Source: Bacteroidia bacterium (lineage in GTDB: Bacteria > Bacteroidota > Bacteroidia > AKYH767-A > OLB10). Taken from it: a DNA stretch of 64,000 nt. Positions 1 to 9,433 of this stretch are shown in pieces. The notes beneath the pieces are model-generated. The model worked only from the letters and a program-made list of their open reading frames with translations. It was not told the DNA's origin and searched no databases. Numbering within the stretch: position 1 is the first letter of the stretch; the number at the start of each line of letters is the position of its first letter. The stretch covers positions 6,453-70,452 of the forward strand of contig DAOQTX010000005.1 of assembly GCA_035340715.1 (NCBI GenBank), read 5' to 3'. A program made the translations under genes and the position numbers.

Positions 1-560
1 AAATTCTCAAAAGCAACAGCTTGATTGAGTTTATTTAGGATCTGTTTTTTTGAATCGATTGAAAACGAAGGTGTATTTTTATCTCCTTCCATTCTAGATT
101 CAAGCCATTGCCGCTCTAAAGGATTGCGTATGTATCTATACTCCGCACCAATACTTTGACAATAGGTTTGCTCCAGGGTGCTGATTATTTTTTCTAAAGA
201 AGCAGGACCAATACCAATTTCATTTCCTGCTTGAAAAACAGTTTTCAAATCAGATGCCTGAAAGCCAAAATTTGTATAATCTAAAGTTGGATTGTATTTT
301 CTTCTTTCTCTAACCGGATTGGTTTTTGTAAACAAATGCCCTCGTGTTCTATATGCATTAATGAGATCTAACGCATTTAACTCTTTGTTTAAATTTAGTT
401 TAGATTCTTTTCCATTTGAATATGTCTTTCTTGAAAAATCAAACCCTTCAAAAAATTGACGCCAACTAGGATCAATGCTATTTGGCTCCTTTAAAAATTG
501 CTCGTAAAGATCTTCAATATTTTCAGCGGAAGTGCTATTCAAGTAAGAGTATGAATCCAT
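1..560 (-). CDS. sucA: 2-oxoglutarate dehydrogenase E1 component, N-terminal fragment (gene runs off the window start)
   Basis: It is absent from the ORF track because it is open-ended. My translation of the reverse strand from ATG 560..558 gives MDSYSYLNSTSAENIEDLYEQFLKEPNSIDPSWRQFFEGFDF...LINAYRTRGHLFTKTNPV...YCQSIGAEYRYI, the characteristic SucA N-terminus. There is no stop down to position 1. Confidence 0.8.
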   Translation of the reverse strand, partial: MDSYSYLNSTSAENIEDLYEQFLKEPNSIDPSWRQFFEGFDFSRKTYSNGKESKLNLNKELNALDLINAYRTRGHLFTKTNPVRERRKYNPTLDYTNFGFQASDLKTVFQAGNEIGIGPASLEKIISTLEQTYCQSIGAEYRYIRNPLERQWLESRMEGDKNTPSFSIDSKKQILNKLNQAVAFEN

Positions 561-598
561 TTTGGTCTTGCAGAAATGGTTTCTGCTTATGATTTATG

Positions 599-606
599 TA
601 AATTTG
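599..606 (+). promoter_or_regulatory. candidate Bacteroidetes-type -7 box (TAAATTTG)
   Basis: It matches TAnnTTTG and ends 7 nt before ATG 614. This implies a leaderless or very short-leader mRNA, or a later start codon. A reverse-oriented match (CAAAATTA, 620..627) could serve sucA. Confidence 0.3.
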
Positions 607-613
607 TTAGAGT

Positions 614-2746
614 TTGATGCAAAATTACTCTTTTTATAGCCAAAAATCTATCATTCTGGTGTCAATTTTAGGATGTTTGAACCTTTGCTATTCCTGTACG
701 CAAACAAAGAATTCTGCATCAGATAATATTATAGAGCAACCAATGAGAAATCACTTACAATATGAAACCAGTCCTTACCTACTACAACATGCTGAAAACC
801 CTGTTGATTGGTACCCATGGAATGAAGAGGCATTAACCCTTGCCAAAGAAAAGGACAAACTCATTTTGGTTAGCATAGGTTATTCCGCTTGTCATTGGTG
901 TCATGTGATGGAAAAAGAATGTTTTGATGATACCGCTGTTGCTTCTTATATGAATAATCATTTTATAAATATAAAAGTGGACCGAGAGGAACGCCCTGAT
1001 ATTGATATGGTGTATATGAATGCTGTACAATTGATGTCCGGCAGAGGCGGTTGGCCACTTAATGTCATTTGTCTTCCTGATGGACGACCTATATATGGTT
1101 GCACTTACCTTCCGAAAGATAAGTGGGTAAATATGTTGTATCAATTAGTAGATTTATTTGAAAAGGATAGACAAAAGTTAACCAACTATGCTACTGATGT
1201 AGTAGCAGGTATGCAAAAAATGAGTTTGATTGAACTTGAGACGGAAAGCAGCTCAGTCAACAGAGCATCCATCGATAAAATGTTTGCTGCCTTTACAACA
1301 CAATTCGATACGGAAGAGGGTGGTTTTAATCGGGTTCCAAAATTTCCTATGCCCTGCAACTATAAGTTTCTGCTAAGACATTACTATCATACTGGTGAAA
1401 CTTCTGCATTGGAACAGGTCAAATTGAGTTTGAACAAAATGGCTTTTGGTGGTATCTATGATCAGATTGGTGGTGGTTTCTCAAGATATTCAACAGATCG
1501 TTTTTGGAAAGTACCTCATTTTGAAAAAATGCTTTATGATAATGCACAGTTGATTGGCTTATATGCCGAGGCTTTTAAACTTACTAAAGATGAGCTTTAT
1601 AAGAAAATAGTTGATGAAACCATCTCTTTTGTTAATGAAGAGTTAACCAGCAAGGAAGGTACTTTCTTTTCAGCTTTAGATGCAGATAGCGATGGAGAAG
1701 AAGGAAAGTTCTATATATGGAGCGAGAAGGAAATAGATGATCTTTTGTCAAACGAATCAAATAGCTTTAAAAAATATTATAATGTTGGTACACTTGGAAA
1801 GTGGGAGTCGTCAAATATATTACTTAGAAGCAAAAGCGATGATGAAATTGCGAGGCATTTCAAAATTTCTAAAGAGGATTTACAAAAATCTATTTCGAAT
1901 TCATCAAAGATCCTATTATCCGAGAGGAACAAAAGAATAAAACCTTCATTGGACGATAAGCAAATAATTTCTTGGAATGGAATTATGGTCGATGCACTAT
2001 TGACAGCTTATGAATCAATAGGGAAGGCTGAGTATTTAGCAATGGCCGAAAAATCATTAAACGAGATAAAAAAAATGACTTGGTCGGAAAAGGGTGGATT
2101 GAAGCATACTATGAAAAATGGAACGGCTAAAGTGGATGGATTCTTGGAAGACTATGCATGGATGGCTCTTGCCTCTTTACATTATTTTAGCATCAGTAGT
2201 GATGAGAGTTGGTTGAACTGGAGTATTTCTCTAACAAATTATGCTGAAGAAAATTTTTATGATGAATCATCGGGCATGTTTTATTTCACGTCTAAGAATG
2301 GTGAAAAGTTAATACATCGGAAAATGGAATTAGAAGATAATGTCATTCCATCTTCTAACAGTGTGATGTGTGAAGTGTTGTTTAAGTTAGGATCATTGTT
2401 AATGGAAAATTCTTACCTAGAAAAATCCGAACGAATGGTTCACTCGATGAATGATAATGCTTCAAAACATCCTCAAGCTTATGCCAATTGGGCTTGCAAT
2501 ATGATGAATTTTGTTTTTCCGTATTATGAAGTTGCAATAACAGGTTCCAATGCCCAAAATAAATTTACCAATCTCAATCAGCAGTATCTACCGAATCAGA
2601 TTTCAGTATTCAGTACAAAATCAAGCAGCTTAATTTTTCTTAAAGACAAAGACTTTGATAGGCCTTTGATTTATGTATGTTCAAATGGAGCATGTAAAAA
2701 ACCTGTTTCATCAGTAGAAGATGCAATACATCAAATTAAAGAATAA
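614..2746 (+). CDS. thioredoxin-domain protein of the DUF255/YyaL type (thioredoxin-like N-domain plus alpha/alpha-toroid, N-acylglucosamine-2-epimerase-like C-domain), with an N-terminal lipoprotein-like signal
   Basis: The 710-aa ORF carries [24 protein letters not shown]...[17 protein letters not shown], the family signature. The N-terminus [16 protein letters not shown] looks like a signal or lipobox. Confidence 0.8.
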   Translation: MMQNYSFYSQKSIILVSILGCLNLCYSCTQTKNSASDNIIEQPMRNHLQYETSPYLLQHAENPVDWYPWNEEALTLAKEKDKLILVSIGYSACHWCHVMEKECFDDTAVASYMNNHFINIKVDREERPDIDMVYMNAVQLMSGRGGWPLNVICLPDGRPIYGCTYLPKDKWVNMLYQLVDLFEKDRQKLTNYATDVVAGMQKMSLIELETESSSVNRASIDKMFAAFTTQFDTEEGGFNRVPKFPMPCNYKFLLRHYYHTGETSALEQVKLSLNKMAFGGIYDQIGGGFSRYSTDRFWKVPHFEKMLYDNAQLIGLYAEAFKLTKDELYKKIVDETISFVNEELTSKEGTFFSALDADSDGEEGKFYIWSEKEIDDLLSNESNSFKKYYNVGTLGKWESSNILLRSKSDDEIARHFKISKEDLQKSISNSSKILLSERNKRIKPSLDDKQIISWNGIMVDALLTAYESIGKAEYLAMAEKSLNEIKKMTWSEKGGLKHTMKNGTAKVDGFLEDYAWMALASLHYFSISSDESWLNWSISLTNYAEENFYDESSGMFYFTSKNGEKLIHRKMELEDNVIPSSNSVMCEVLFKLGSLLMENSYLEKSERMVHSMNDNASKHPQAYANWACNMMNFVFPYYEVAITGSNAQNKFTNLNQQYLPNQISVFSTKSSSLIFLKDKDFDRPLIYVCSNGACKKPVSSVEDAIHQIKE

Positions 2747-2748
2747 GG

Positions 2749-5700
2749 TTATCGTATCAAATTGACAGAGCCTCTAAAGTTGTGCTCTTTACCATTATGT
2801 GTAACCACGTTTATCAAATAAACATAAGTTCCGCTAGGTGCGTCTTTTTGGTTTTGGAATGAACCATCCCAAACGAATCGATAATCATTGCTTGAATATA
2901 CTTTCTCTCCCCAACGGTTAAATATGATCATTTCGTAAGCTTGAATATCCATTGGTGGTACCCCATCAAAAAACACATCATTCCTTCCATCATTATTTGG
3001 AGTAAATGCATTAGGTATAAAGAATGGGAAAATATATACTTCTTCACTTTTTCGATCAATACATCCAGCAGGGCTATAAATGGTAAGCGTTACTATGTAT
3101 TTCCCGGGTTCATCATAATAATGCACTACATCCATTTCATCAGATGTAGTTCCATCTCCAAAACTCCAAATGGCAGAAGCCATATTTTGAGATAGATTTT
3201 TAAAAGTAATTTTCGAATTAAATACAGGTGCTTCTTTCGGATCAATTCTAAAATCGGCCACAGGAGGAGGATAGTACACTACCGTTACATCAGAAGAGTC
3301 GCTTGATTTACAACCGAAAGGACTGATTACCGTTAACGATACTGTATACGTTCCTGGTAAAGCATAAATATGAGATGGATGAATCAAATTGGATATTCCA
3401 CCGTCTCCAAAGGTCCATGCATAGAAAGAGTTGGGTTCGGTTTGACTTTTATTGGTGAACTTTACTTTAAGTGTTTCGCAAATCAAACTGGTATCAGAAG
3501 CAAAATCTACTATTGGATATGGATGCACAATTACAGGTATTGGTGAACTGATGGCAGTACAACCATTTAAATTAGTAACGATTACTGTATAGTTTGATTG
3601 ACTTGATGTATTAATTGTCTGAGTAGTCAATCCATTTGACCAGAGATACGCTAAACCATTGTTCGCACTTAAAGCAACCGAACCTCCATCACAAAAATCG
3701 GTTGGACCTCCTGCGCTTATTGCTGCAGTGGCATATAATACATTTATTAAAGTAGGTGTAGAAGTTTCAGAGCATCCGTTAGCATCAGTTACAACAACGG
3801 TGTATGTACCGGCTTGAGAAACTGTTATGGATTGAGTAGTTAATCCATTTGACCAATGATAACCTACTCCTGCATTGGCCGTTAGTACCACATTATCTCC
3901 ATCGCAAAATGTTGTGGGTCCTGCTGGAGTTATGTTTGCAACAGGAATACTCACTTGAACAGAGACTGGGGCAGATGTTTCAACGCAACCATCGGCATTG
4001 GTTACAGAAACGGTAAAGGTTCCATTGTTGTTTACGGAAATACTTTGTGTGGTTGAACCATTGCTCCATAAATAAGATGTTCCCAGATTGGCTTGTAATA
4101 CAACGGCAAAGCCAGGACATATGGTTGTACTACTTAAAGGAGTAATTATTGCACTTGGATTAGAAACAGTTATTTGAACAGGAGACGCAATTGCGGTACA
4201 GCCATTCATATTAGTTACCGTAACACTATAATTTCCTGAGTTGTTTACTTGAATGTTTTGAGTACTTGCACCGGTTGACCATAAATAGGCACTGCCTGCA
4301 TTTGCACTTAGAGTGCTAACATCACCCGGGCATAAAACTGAATTGCCGGTTAAAGTAATATTGGCAACAGCGGTATTTACAATTATGTTAACATTGCTAG
4401 ATACAGCTGTACATCCGTCAGCATTAGTAACAGTAACTGTATAGGTGCCTGCATTGGTTACATTAATGCTTTGTAATGTGCTTCCGTTTGACCACGTATA
4501 ACTGGTGCCGCTATTTGCATTTAATTGAACACTTTGTCCATCACAAAAAGTAGTAGGCCCTAAAGGTGTAATACTGGCTATTGGATTACTTACTACGACT
4601 GATTGTGGTAATGAGGTAGCACTACAGTTATCAACGTTTGTAACGATAACAGTAAAGTTTCCTGCACTCGAAACATTTATGCTTTGGGTTGTAGCGCCAT
4701 TCGACCATAGATATGTAATTCCTGAATTGGCTTGAAGAGTAACATTGTCTCCGGGACAAATTGTAGTGCTGCTTAGTGGTGTAATACTTGCGGTTGGGTT
4801 ACTTACTACTACTGGTACTGCTACTGCTGAGGCCGTACAACCATCAGTGGTGGTAATGGTTACATTATAAACTCCGGCTGAGTTTACACTTATATTTTGG
4901 GTTGTTGCACCGTTGGTCCATAAATAGGAAGCAGAAGGATTTGCACTCAACACAACATTATCACCTGGACATAGAAGTGTATTACCGCTTATTGAAATGG
5001 AAGCTAAAGCAGAATTAACACTCACAGATACGTTAGATGAAACTGCAGTACATCCGTTTATATCGGTAACTGTCACTACAAATGAACCGTTTGAATTTAC
5101 ATTTATATTTTGTGTAGTAGCACCGTTTGACCAATTGTATGCACTGCCTGCATTTGCACTTAAAGTAACAGATCCGCCATTGCAAAAACTTGTTGGACCA
5201 CTTGGAGTAATAGTAGCAACTGGAGTATTTACTGAAACAGCAATAGGAGCGGAGATGGCTTGACAGTTATCTGCATTGGTTACCGTTACGGTGAAATTAC
5301 CACTATTGGATACGGTAATACTCTGTTGAGTAGATCCGTTCGACCATAAATAGCTATTGCCAACATTGGCTTGTAAAGTAACCGTTGATCCGGGACATAA
5401 TACGGTACTACCCAATGGTGTAATACTTGCTAATGGAGTGCTGGTAGTTATAGAAGTTGGACTTGAGGTTGCAACACATGAATTGAAATTTGTAACCGTA
5501 ACGGTATAATTACCTGCTGCAGCTACAGAAATATTTTGAGTTGTAGCACCTGTTGACCATACCCAAGCAAGGCCAGCATTAGCTCCAAGTGTTACACTGT
5601 TTCCTGGGCAAATAGGAACTGCTCCCGTAACAGATATATTTGCTAGAGCCGTTACAACATTGACAGCAACCGGACTTGATGTGGCGGTACATCCATTTGC

Positions 5701-7317
5701 ATCGGTTACAGTTACTGTAAAAGTACCCGTATTGCTTACCGAAATATTTTGCGTTGTAGCGCCATTAGACCATTGGTAGTTTGCTCCAGCATTAGCACTC
5801 AGTGTTACTGAATTACCGATGCACAAAGTTGTTGATCCACTCGGAGTAATCGTAGCAGTGGGTAAGCCAATACTCACATTTATTGGTGGAGAAGTTGCCG
5901 AACATCCTGCAGCTTGTGTAACGGTAACGGTATATGTTCCTGCAGAGCTGACATTAATGCTTTGCGTGGTTGCTCCGTTCGACCATAAATATATTGAGCC
6001 AATGTTTGCGGTTAATGTAACATTAGAGCCAGGACAAATAGTAGTAGGGCCCGATGGTGTTATTGAAGCAGTTGCGGTTCCGGCATTTACAGTTACCATA
6101 TTGCTTATATCACTACAACCAAGGGTGTCGGTAACGGTACAAGTTAACGAAGTAGAAGTACTGACGACAATACTCTGAGTTGTTGCTCCATTCGACCAAG
6201 AGTACGATGCAGCATTTGGTGGACTTGCACTCAATGTGACCGAGTCGCCTGGACATAATGTAACTAGCCCAGCTGGACTCACACTCGCAACTATATTACT
6301 TTGTAATACATTAAAGGATTGAGAAAATAAGAAACAACCATTGTTAGGGTTTAACACAAATACAGAATAGCTTCCAGGATTCCATACCTGAATGCTTTGA
6401 GTCGTTTGACCAAAAGTCCATAAGTAATTAAAGGCTGCTCCAGAAGTTAGAGTTATCGTATCTCCTTGACACATTCCTGCGGTAAGAGTGGTTGGATTGA
6501 AGTATGAAGATCCGGATTGATAAACCGGTACGTAAGATGCGTTTAAAGAGTTGGCTTTCAAAAATACACCTGAATCGTATGCCCCATCACCAACATTTCC
6601 AACGGCCAATTTAATATGATAGGTTTGACAAATTTGTACAGGAATAACAGCTTTCAATACTTGAGTCATTCCATCGAAACAAACCGTAGTTCCATTGGTA
6701 TTATCTTTATAGTAAGCACAATTTGTACAAGGGCCAGTAGGAACAACACCTACAGGAGAATTGCCATTGTTAACATTATTTATGGCAACAGGGGTAGCGG
6801 TTCCCGGAATTAAAGCAACATTCATAGTGCCGGTAATTCCTGGACCAGAAACAAAAAATCCAAATACATCATTAAAGCCAGAGTTAACCCAATCGCTATA
6901 TTCTTCTGAAGCAAAAACATATTCAAATGAAACGGTATCGGACTTGGCATAAAAATCAAATTCTATAATGGCTGCATCGTTTACGCCTGCTGTGGCAATG
7001 CCTGCTAAGTTTGGGTCAGGAGTTGGTGTCATGCCGGCATCGCTCATAAAATATCCGGCTCCATTGCTCACTTGACCAGCTCCACCTGTAGAAAAGATAA
7101 TCCCATTATTAAAACCCAGATTTGAAGTTCCACTAAACGTTCCTAACGAATTGGGTTGACCACTATACGAAATATTAAATACTGTTACTCCCGATCCAAC
7201 AAAAGTATTGATTACTTGCGCTGGAGTTAAGGCGGTGTTGACTGAAATTTGAGCATAACTTTTGCTATGCAAGAAAAGCAAAGTACACAACACGAAGAAC
7301 GATATTACTTTCCTCAT
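2749..7317 (-). CDS. giant cell-surface adhesin-like protein: choice-of-anchor-L-like N-domain, 13-14 Ig-like repeats, 2 PKD-like domains, and a T9SS type B (gliding-motility-associated, CHU_C-like) C-terminal domain
   Basis: The track ORF is 2749..7368. The likely start is M18 (ATG 7317, MRKVISFFVLCTLLFLHSKSYAQ signal) because a -7 box lies inside the 5' extension. The N-domain has DAAIIEFDF...FEYVFASEEYSDWVNSGFNDVFGFFVSGPG...YHIKLAVGNVGDGAYDSGVFL. The C-terminus has FIPNAFTPNNDGRNDVF...FNRWGEKVY...WDG...GTYVY. Confidence 0.85.
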   Translation of the reverse strand: MRKVISFFVLCTLLFLHSKSYAQISVNTALTPAQVINTFVGSGVTVFNISYSGQPNSLGTFSGTSNLGFNNGIIFSTGGAGQVSNGAGYFMSDAGMTPTPDPNLAGIATAGVNDAAIIEFDFYAKSDTVSFEYVFASEEYSDWVNSGFNDVFGFFVSGPGITGTMNVALIPGTATPVAINNVNNGNSPVGVVPTGPCTNCAYYKDNTNGTTVCFDGMTQVLKAVIPVQICQTYHIKLAVGNVGDGAYDSGVFLKANSLNASYVPVYQSGSSYFNPTTLTAGMCQGDTITLTSGAAFNYLWTFGQTTQSIQVWNPGSYSVFVLNPNNGCFLFSQSFNVLQSNIVASVSPAGLVTLCPGDSVTLSASPPNAASYSWSNGATTQSIVVSTSTSLTCTVTDTLGCSDISNMVTVNAGTATASITPSGPTTICPGSNVTLTANIGSIYLWSNGATTQSINVSSAGTYTVTVTQAAGCSATSPPINVSIGLPTATITPSGSTTLCIGNSVTLSANAGANYQWSNGATTQNISVSNTGTFTVTVTDANGCTATSSPVAVNVVTALANISVTGAVPICPGNSVTLGANAGLAWVWSTGATTQNISVAAAGNYTVTVTNFNSCVATSSPTSITTSTPLASITPLGSTVLCPGSTVTLQANVGNSYLWSNGSTQQSITVSNSGNFTVTVTNADNCQAISAPIAVSVNTPVATITPSGPTSFCNGGSVTLSANAGSAYNWSNGATTQNINVNSNGSFVVTVTDINGCTAVSSNVSVSVNSALASISISGNTLLCPGDNVVLSANPSASYLWTNGATTQNISVNSAGVYNVTITTTDGCTASAVAVPVVVSNPTASITPLSSTTICPGDNVTLQANSGITYLWSNGATTQSINVSSAGNFTVIVTNVDNCSATSLPQSVVVSNPIASITPLGPTTFCDGQSVQLNANSGTSYTWSNGSTLQSINVTNAGTYTVTVTNADGCTAVSSNVNIIVNTAVANITLTGNSVLCPGDVSTLSANAGSAYLWSTGASTQNIQVNNSGNYSVTVTNMNGCTAIASPVQITVSNPSAIITPLSSTTICPGFAVVLQANLGTSYLWSNGSTTQSISVNNNGTFTVSVTNADGCVETSAPVSVQVSIPVANITPAGPTTFCDGDNVVLTANAGVGYHWSNGLTTQSITVSQAGTYTVVVTDANGCSETSTPTLINVLYATAAISAGGPTDFCDGGSVALSANNGLAYLWSNGLTTQTINTSSQSNYTVIVTNLNGCTAISSPIPVIVHPYPIVDFASDTSLICETLKVKFTNKSQTEPNSFYAWTFGDGGISNLIHPSHIYALPGTYTVSLTVISPFGCKSSDSSDVTVVYYPPPVADFRIDPKEAPVFNSKITFKNLSQNMASAIWSFGDGTTSDEMDVVHYYDEPGKYIVTLTIYSPAGCIDRKSEEVYIFPFFIPNAFTPNNDGRNDVFFDGVPPMDIQAYEMIIFNRWGEKVYSSNDYRFVWDGSFQNQKDAPSGTYVYLINVVTHNGKEHNFRGSVNLIR
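3520..6501 (-). repeat. in-frame tandem coding repeat, 213 nt (71 aa) per unit, 13 units in exact register plus one degenerate leading unit
   Basis: The conserved Trp of the (Y/L)W(S/T)NG(A/S)TTQ(S/N)I motif falls at ORF residues 391, 462, 533, 604, 675, 746, 817, 888, 959, 1030, 1101, 1172 and 1243, always 71 aa apart. Each unit carries a C(P/D)G...GC cysteine pair. Confidence 0.9.
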
Positions 7318-7337
7318 AATTAACGGGTTATAGAAAA

Positions 7338-7345
7338 CAAATATA
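7338..7345 (-). promoter_or_regulatory. candidate -7 box TATATTTG for the adhesin gene
   Basis: The plus strand reads CAAATATA, the reverse complement of TAnnTTTG. It lies 20 nt upstream of ATG 7317 and inside the longer track ORF, which supports the shorter start. Confidence 0.4.
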
Positions 7346-7389
7346 AGTAATTCATAGGGCTTAAACAATTAAAGACTCGATCGCAAAAA

Positions 7390-8082
7390 TCAAGCCTTTT
7401 TTTGAGCAAATTCTTTAAGATAAAGTGGTTCAAAGTAGACAAAGTCCTCAAATAAGAGGGTATTGTTTTTAATCGAATCAAGGACAATTTGAGCCATAAA
7501 TAGACTAGATGAATGAATTTGATCGATGTATACCAATCGTTCATCTTTAATTGTTGTTTTATATTTTGATGCACCATTACCAAAAAAAACCGCTTTTTCA
7601 GCTGATTTCAATCTATTATTGAACGAATTTATGTCCATTATGGTTGCATCAATCGAATGAATTCTGTTTCCATTTTGGTCAAAAACACAAGTATATACTT
7701 CCATCCTTCTTGCATCGAGCATAGGGAAAAAGAGAACTTGATTTTGAAAGAGATTGGGGTGTTTTTGTTTTAACGCATAAAAGAGAATACGAAGAGAGTC
7801 GATAGCAATTAGTTTTAGATTTCCGGAATAAGCCAAAGCTTTAGCTGCAGCAGTACCTATTCGAAGTCCGGTATAAGATCCAGGCCCTTTATTAATACAG
7901 ACAAAATCATATTTTTTTATATCCGTTTGACTTTCTTTAAAGCACTGATCGATAAAAGGAGTGAGTAACGAGGCATGATTACGATCTTCATGGCTTTCTC
8001 TAGAGCAAACAACTTTATCGTTAACTACTAATGTTACCGAACATACATTAGTAGCGGAATCAATGCAAATGAAATTGGGCAA
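7390..8082 (-). CDS. tsaB: tRNA threonylcarbamoyladenosine (t6A) biosynthesis protein TsaB (YeaZ)
   Basis: It is 230 aa with ICIDSATNVCSVTL...INKGPGSYTGLRIGTAAAKALAYS, the typical TsaB N-terminal half. Confidence 0.8.
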   Translation of the reverse strand: MPNFICIDSATNVCSVTLVVNDKVVCSRESHEDRNHASLLTPFIDQCFKESQTDIKKYDFVCINKGPGSYTGLRIGTAAAKALAYSGNLKLIAIDSLRILFYALKQKHPNLFQNQVLFFPMLDARRMEVYTCVFDQNGNRIHSIDATIMDINSFNNRLKSAEKAVFFGNGASKYKTTIKDERLVYIDQIHSSSLFMAQIVLDSIKNNTLLFEDFVYFEPLYLKEFAQKKA

Positions 8083-8083
8083 C

Positions 8084-9418
8084 TTATTTTTTCTTAAATA
8101 ACTCTTCTTCTGAGATTACTTTGACGTCCTTTCCTTCTTTTAATAGTTTAGAAATGGCACTATAAGGGGCTTTAATAATTTCATCTTCTTTATTAACCCC
8201 ACTTTTAATTTCAATATAGGTGTCGTCTTGAATTCCTGTTTCCACAACTTTCATGCTTGCTTTGCCATCGTGTACTATAAAGACACAAGTTACATTATTG
8301 CTTTGTGTGCTTGAGGTTGTATTTTCAGATTCACTTTCTCCTGATGAAGAAAAAGACTTGGTGGTATCTCTAGTAGTTACCGCTTGAACAGGAATGGCAA
8401 TCACATTGTTGGCTTTTCTGGTTTGGATGTCTACATTGGCCGTCATGCCGGGTCTAAATGGCGAATAGTTTGGATTGTCTTTAGGAACCAAATCTTCATA
8501 AGATGATTTCAATATTCGGATTTTTACTGTGAAGTTGGTAACCTGATCTGTAGATAATCCTAAGATATTTGCACTGTTGGCCACTTCAGTTACGACTCCT
8601 TTAAAATCTCTATCCGGATATGCATCAATTTCAATGATGGAAGTATCCCCCTTTTGTACTCTCAAAATGTCATTTTCATTCACATCAACGCTTACTTCCA
8701 TTTCACGCAAGTTGGCTAAACGCAAAATTTCTGTTCCTTCCATCATGTTGGTTCCAACCACTCGTTCTCCTTTCTCTTTACTCAACTTGGAAACGGTTCC
8801 ACTAACAGCAGCGTAGATACTCGTTTTTAATAAGTTCTCATTTGCTTCTTTTACGGACGCTTGTGAACTACGCATTTGAAACTCCGCTGACTTAACACTC
8901 TGCGAAGCCGCATCTACCTCTGCTTTTGCAACTTCAAAATTGGTTTTAATATTTTCAAATTCAGAAGCAGAAACAACTTTGTCTTCAAACAACTTTTTAT
9001 AGCGATTGAACTCTTTTTCTGCAACTACAAATCGCGACTCAGTTTGTGCCAATCGACTTTTACTGTTTTCCACATTTGCTTTTGATGAAAGAAGTTGTGC
9101 ATTCATTCGATCCATGTTCGATTCATAGATATCGGGTTTTATCTTAACCAAAAGATCACCTTGTTTAACTACATCGCCTTCGCTAACCGCCAACTCCACT
9201 ATTTCTCCCGACACATCTGCACTTATTCTTAATTCTGTTTCAGGTTGAATCTTACCACTCGCAGTTACTATTTCAATAATATCTCGACTGCCTGCTTTTT
9301 CAGTGGATACTTCCATAGCATCACTTGCGCCTAACCAACCCATAGACTTAGCAATGGTAAGCAATACAATGAGTATGGCTCCAGTCCAAACAGCAATTTT
9401 TACTTTTTTATTTTTCAT
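8084..9418 (-). CDS. efflux transporter periplasmic adaptor subunit (HlyD/MacA-like membrane fusion protein)
   Basis: It is 444 aa with an N-terminal TM anchor, a lipoyl-like hairpin motif (ISADVSGEIVELAVSEGDVVKQGDLLVKI), a long coiled-coil and a beta-barrel C-half. It sits directly downstream of a TolC-family gene. Confidence 0.8.
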   Translation of the reverse strand: MKNKKVKIAVWTGAILIVLLTIAKSMGWLGASDAMEVSTEKAGSRDIIEIVTASGKIQPETELRISADVSGEIVELAVSEGDVVKQGDLLVKIKPDIYESNMDRMNAQLLSSKANVENSKSRLAQTESRFVVAEKEFNRYKKLFEDKVVSASEFENIKTNFEVAKAEVDAASQSVKSAEFQMRSSQASVKEANENLLKTSIYAAVSGTVSKLSKEKGERVVGTNMMEGTEILRLANLREMEVSVDVNENDILRVQKGDTSIIEIDAYPDRDFKGVVTEVANSANILGLSTDQVTNFTVKIRILKSSYEDLVPKDNPNYSPFRPGMTANVDIQTRKANNVIAIPVQAVTTRDTTKSFSSSGESESENTTSSTQSNNVTCVFIVHDGKASMKVVETGIQDDTYIEIKSGVNKEDEIIKAPYSAISKLLKEGKDVKVISEEELFKKK

Positions 9419-9433
9419 AGAACAATAAAGGAT

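Noticed and set aside
3520-6501. The regular 213-nt periodicity could superficially resemble a CRISPR or satellite array.
   Set aside because: The period is a multiple of three, lies in frame within one ORF, and has no alternation of conserved repeat and unique spacer. It encodes a conserved Ig-like unit, so it is a protein-domain repeat.
4997-6952. Plus-strand ORFs of 63-119 aa (4997..5263, 5819..6178, 6616..6813, 6761..6952) lie inside the adhesin gene.
   Set aside because: They are antisense to a long, strongly periodic coding region rich in Thr/Ser/Gly/Asn codons whose complement is stop-poor. Their translations are low-complexity mirror images with no start context or promoter.
7318-7368. 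Longer N-terminal extensions are offered by the ORF track here and at 23259..23333, 35804..35833, 49926..50009 and 49995..50072.
   Set aside because: In each case an internal Met begins a canonical signal peptide or lipobox. For 7317 and 50073 a TAnnTTTG box also falls inside the extension, so the shorter starts are preferred.
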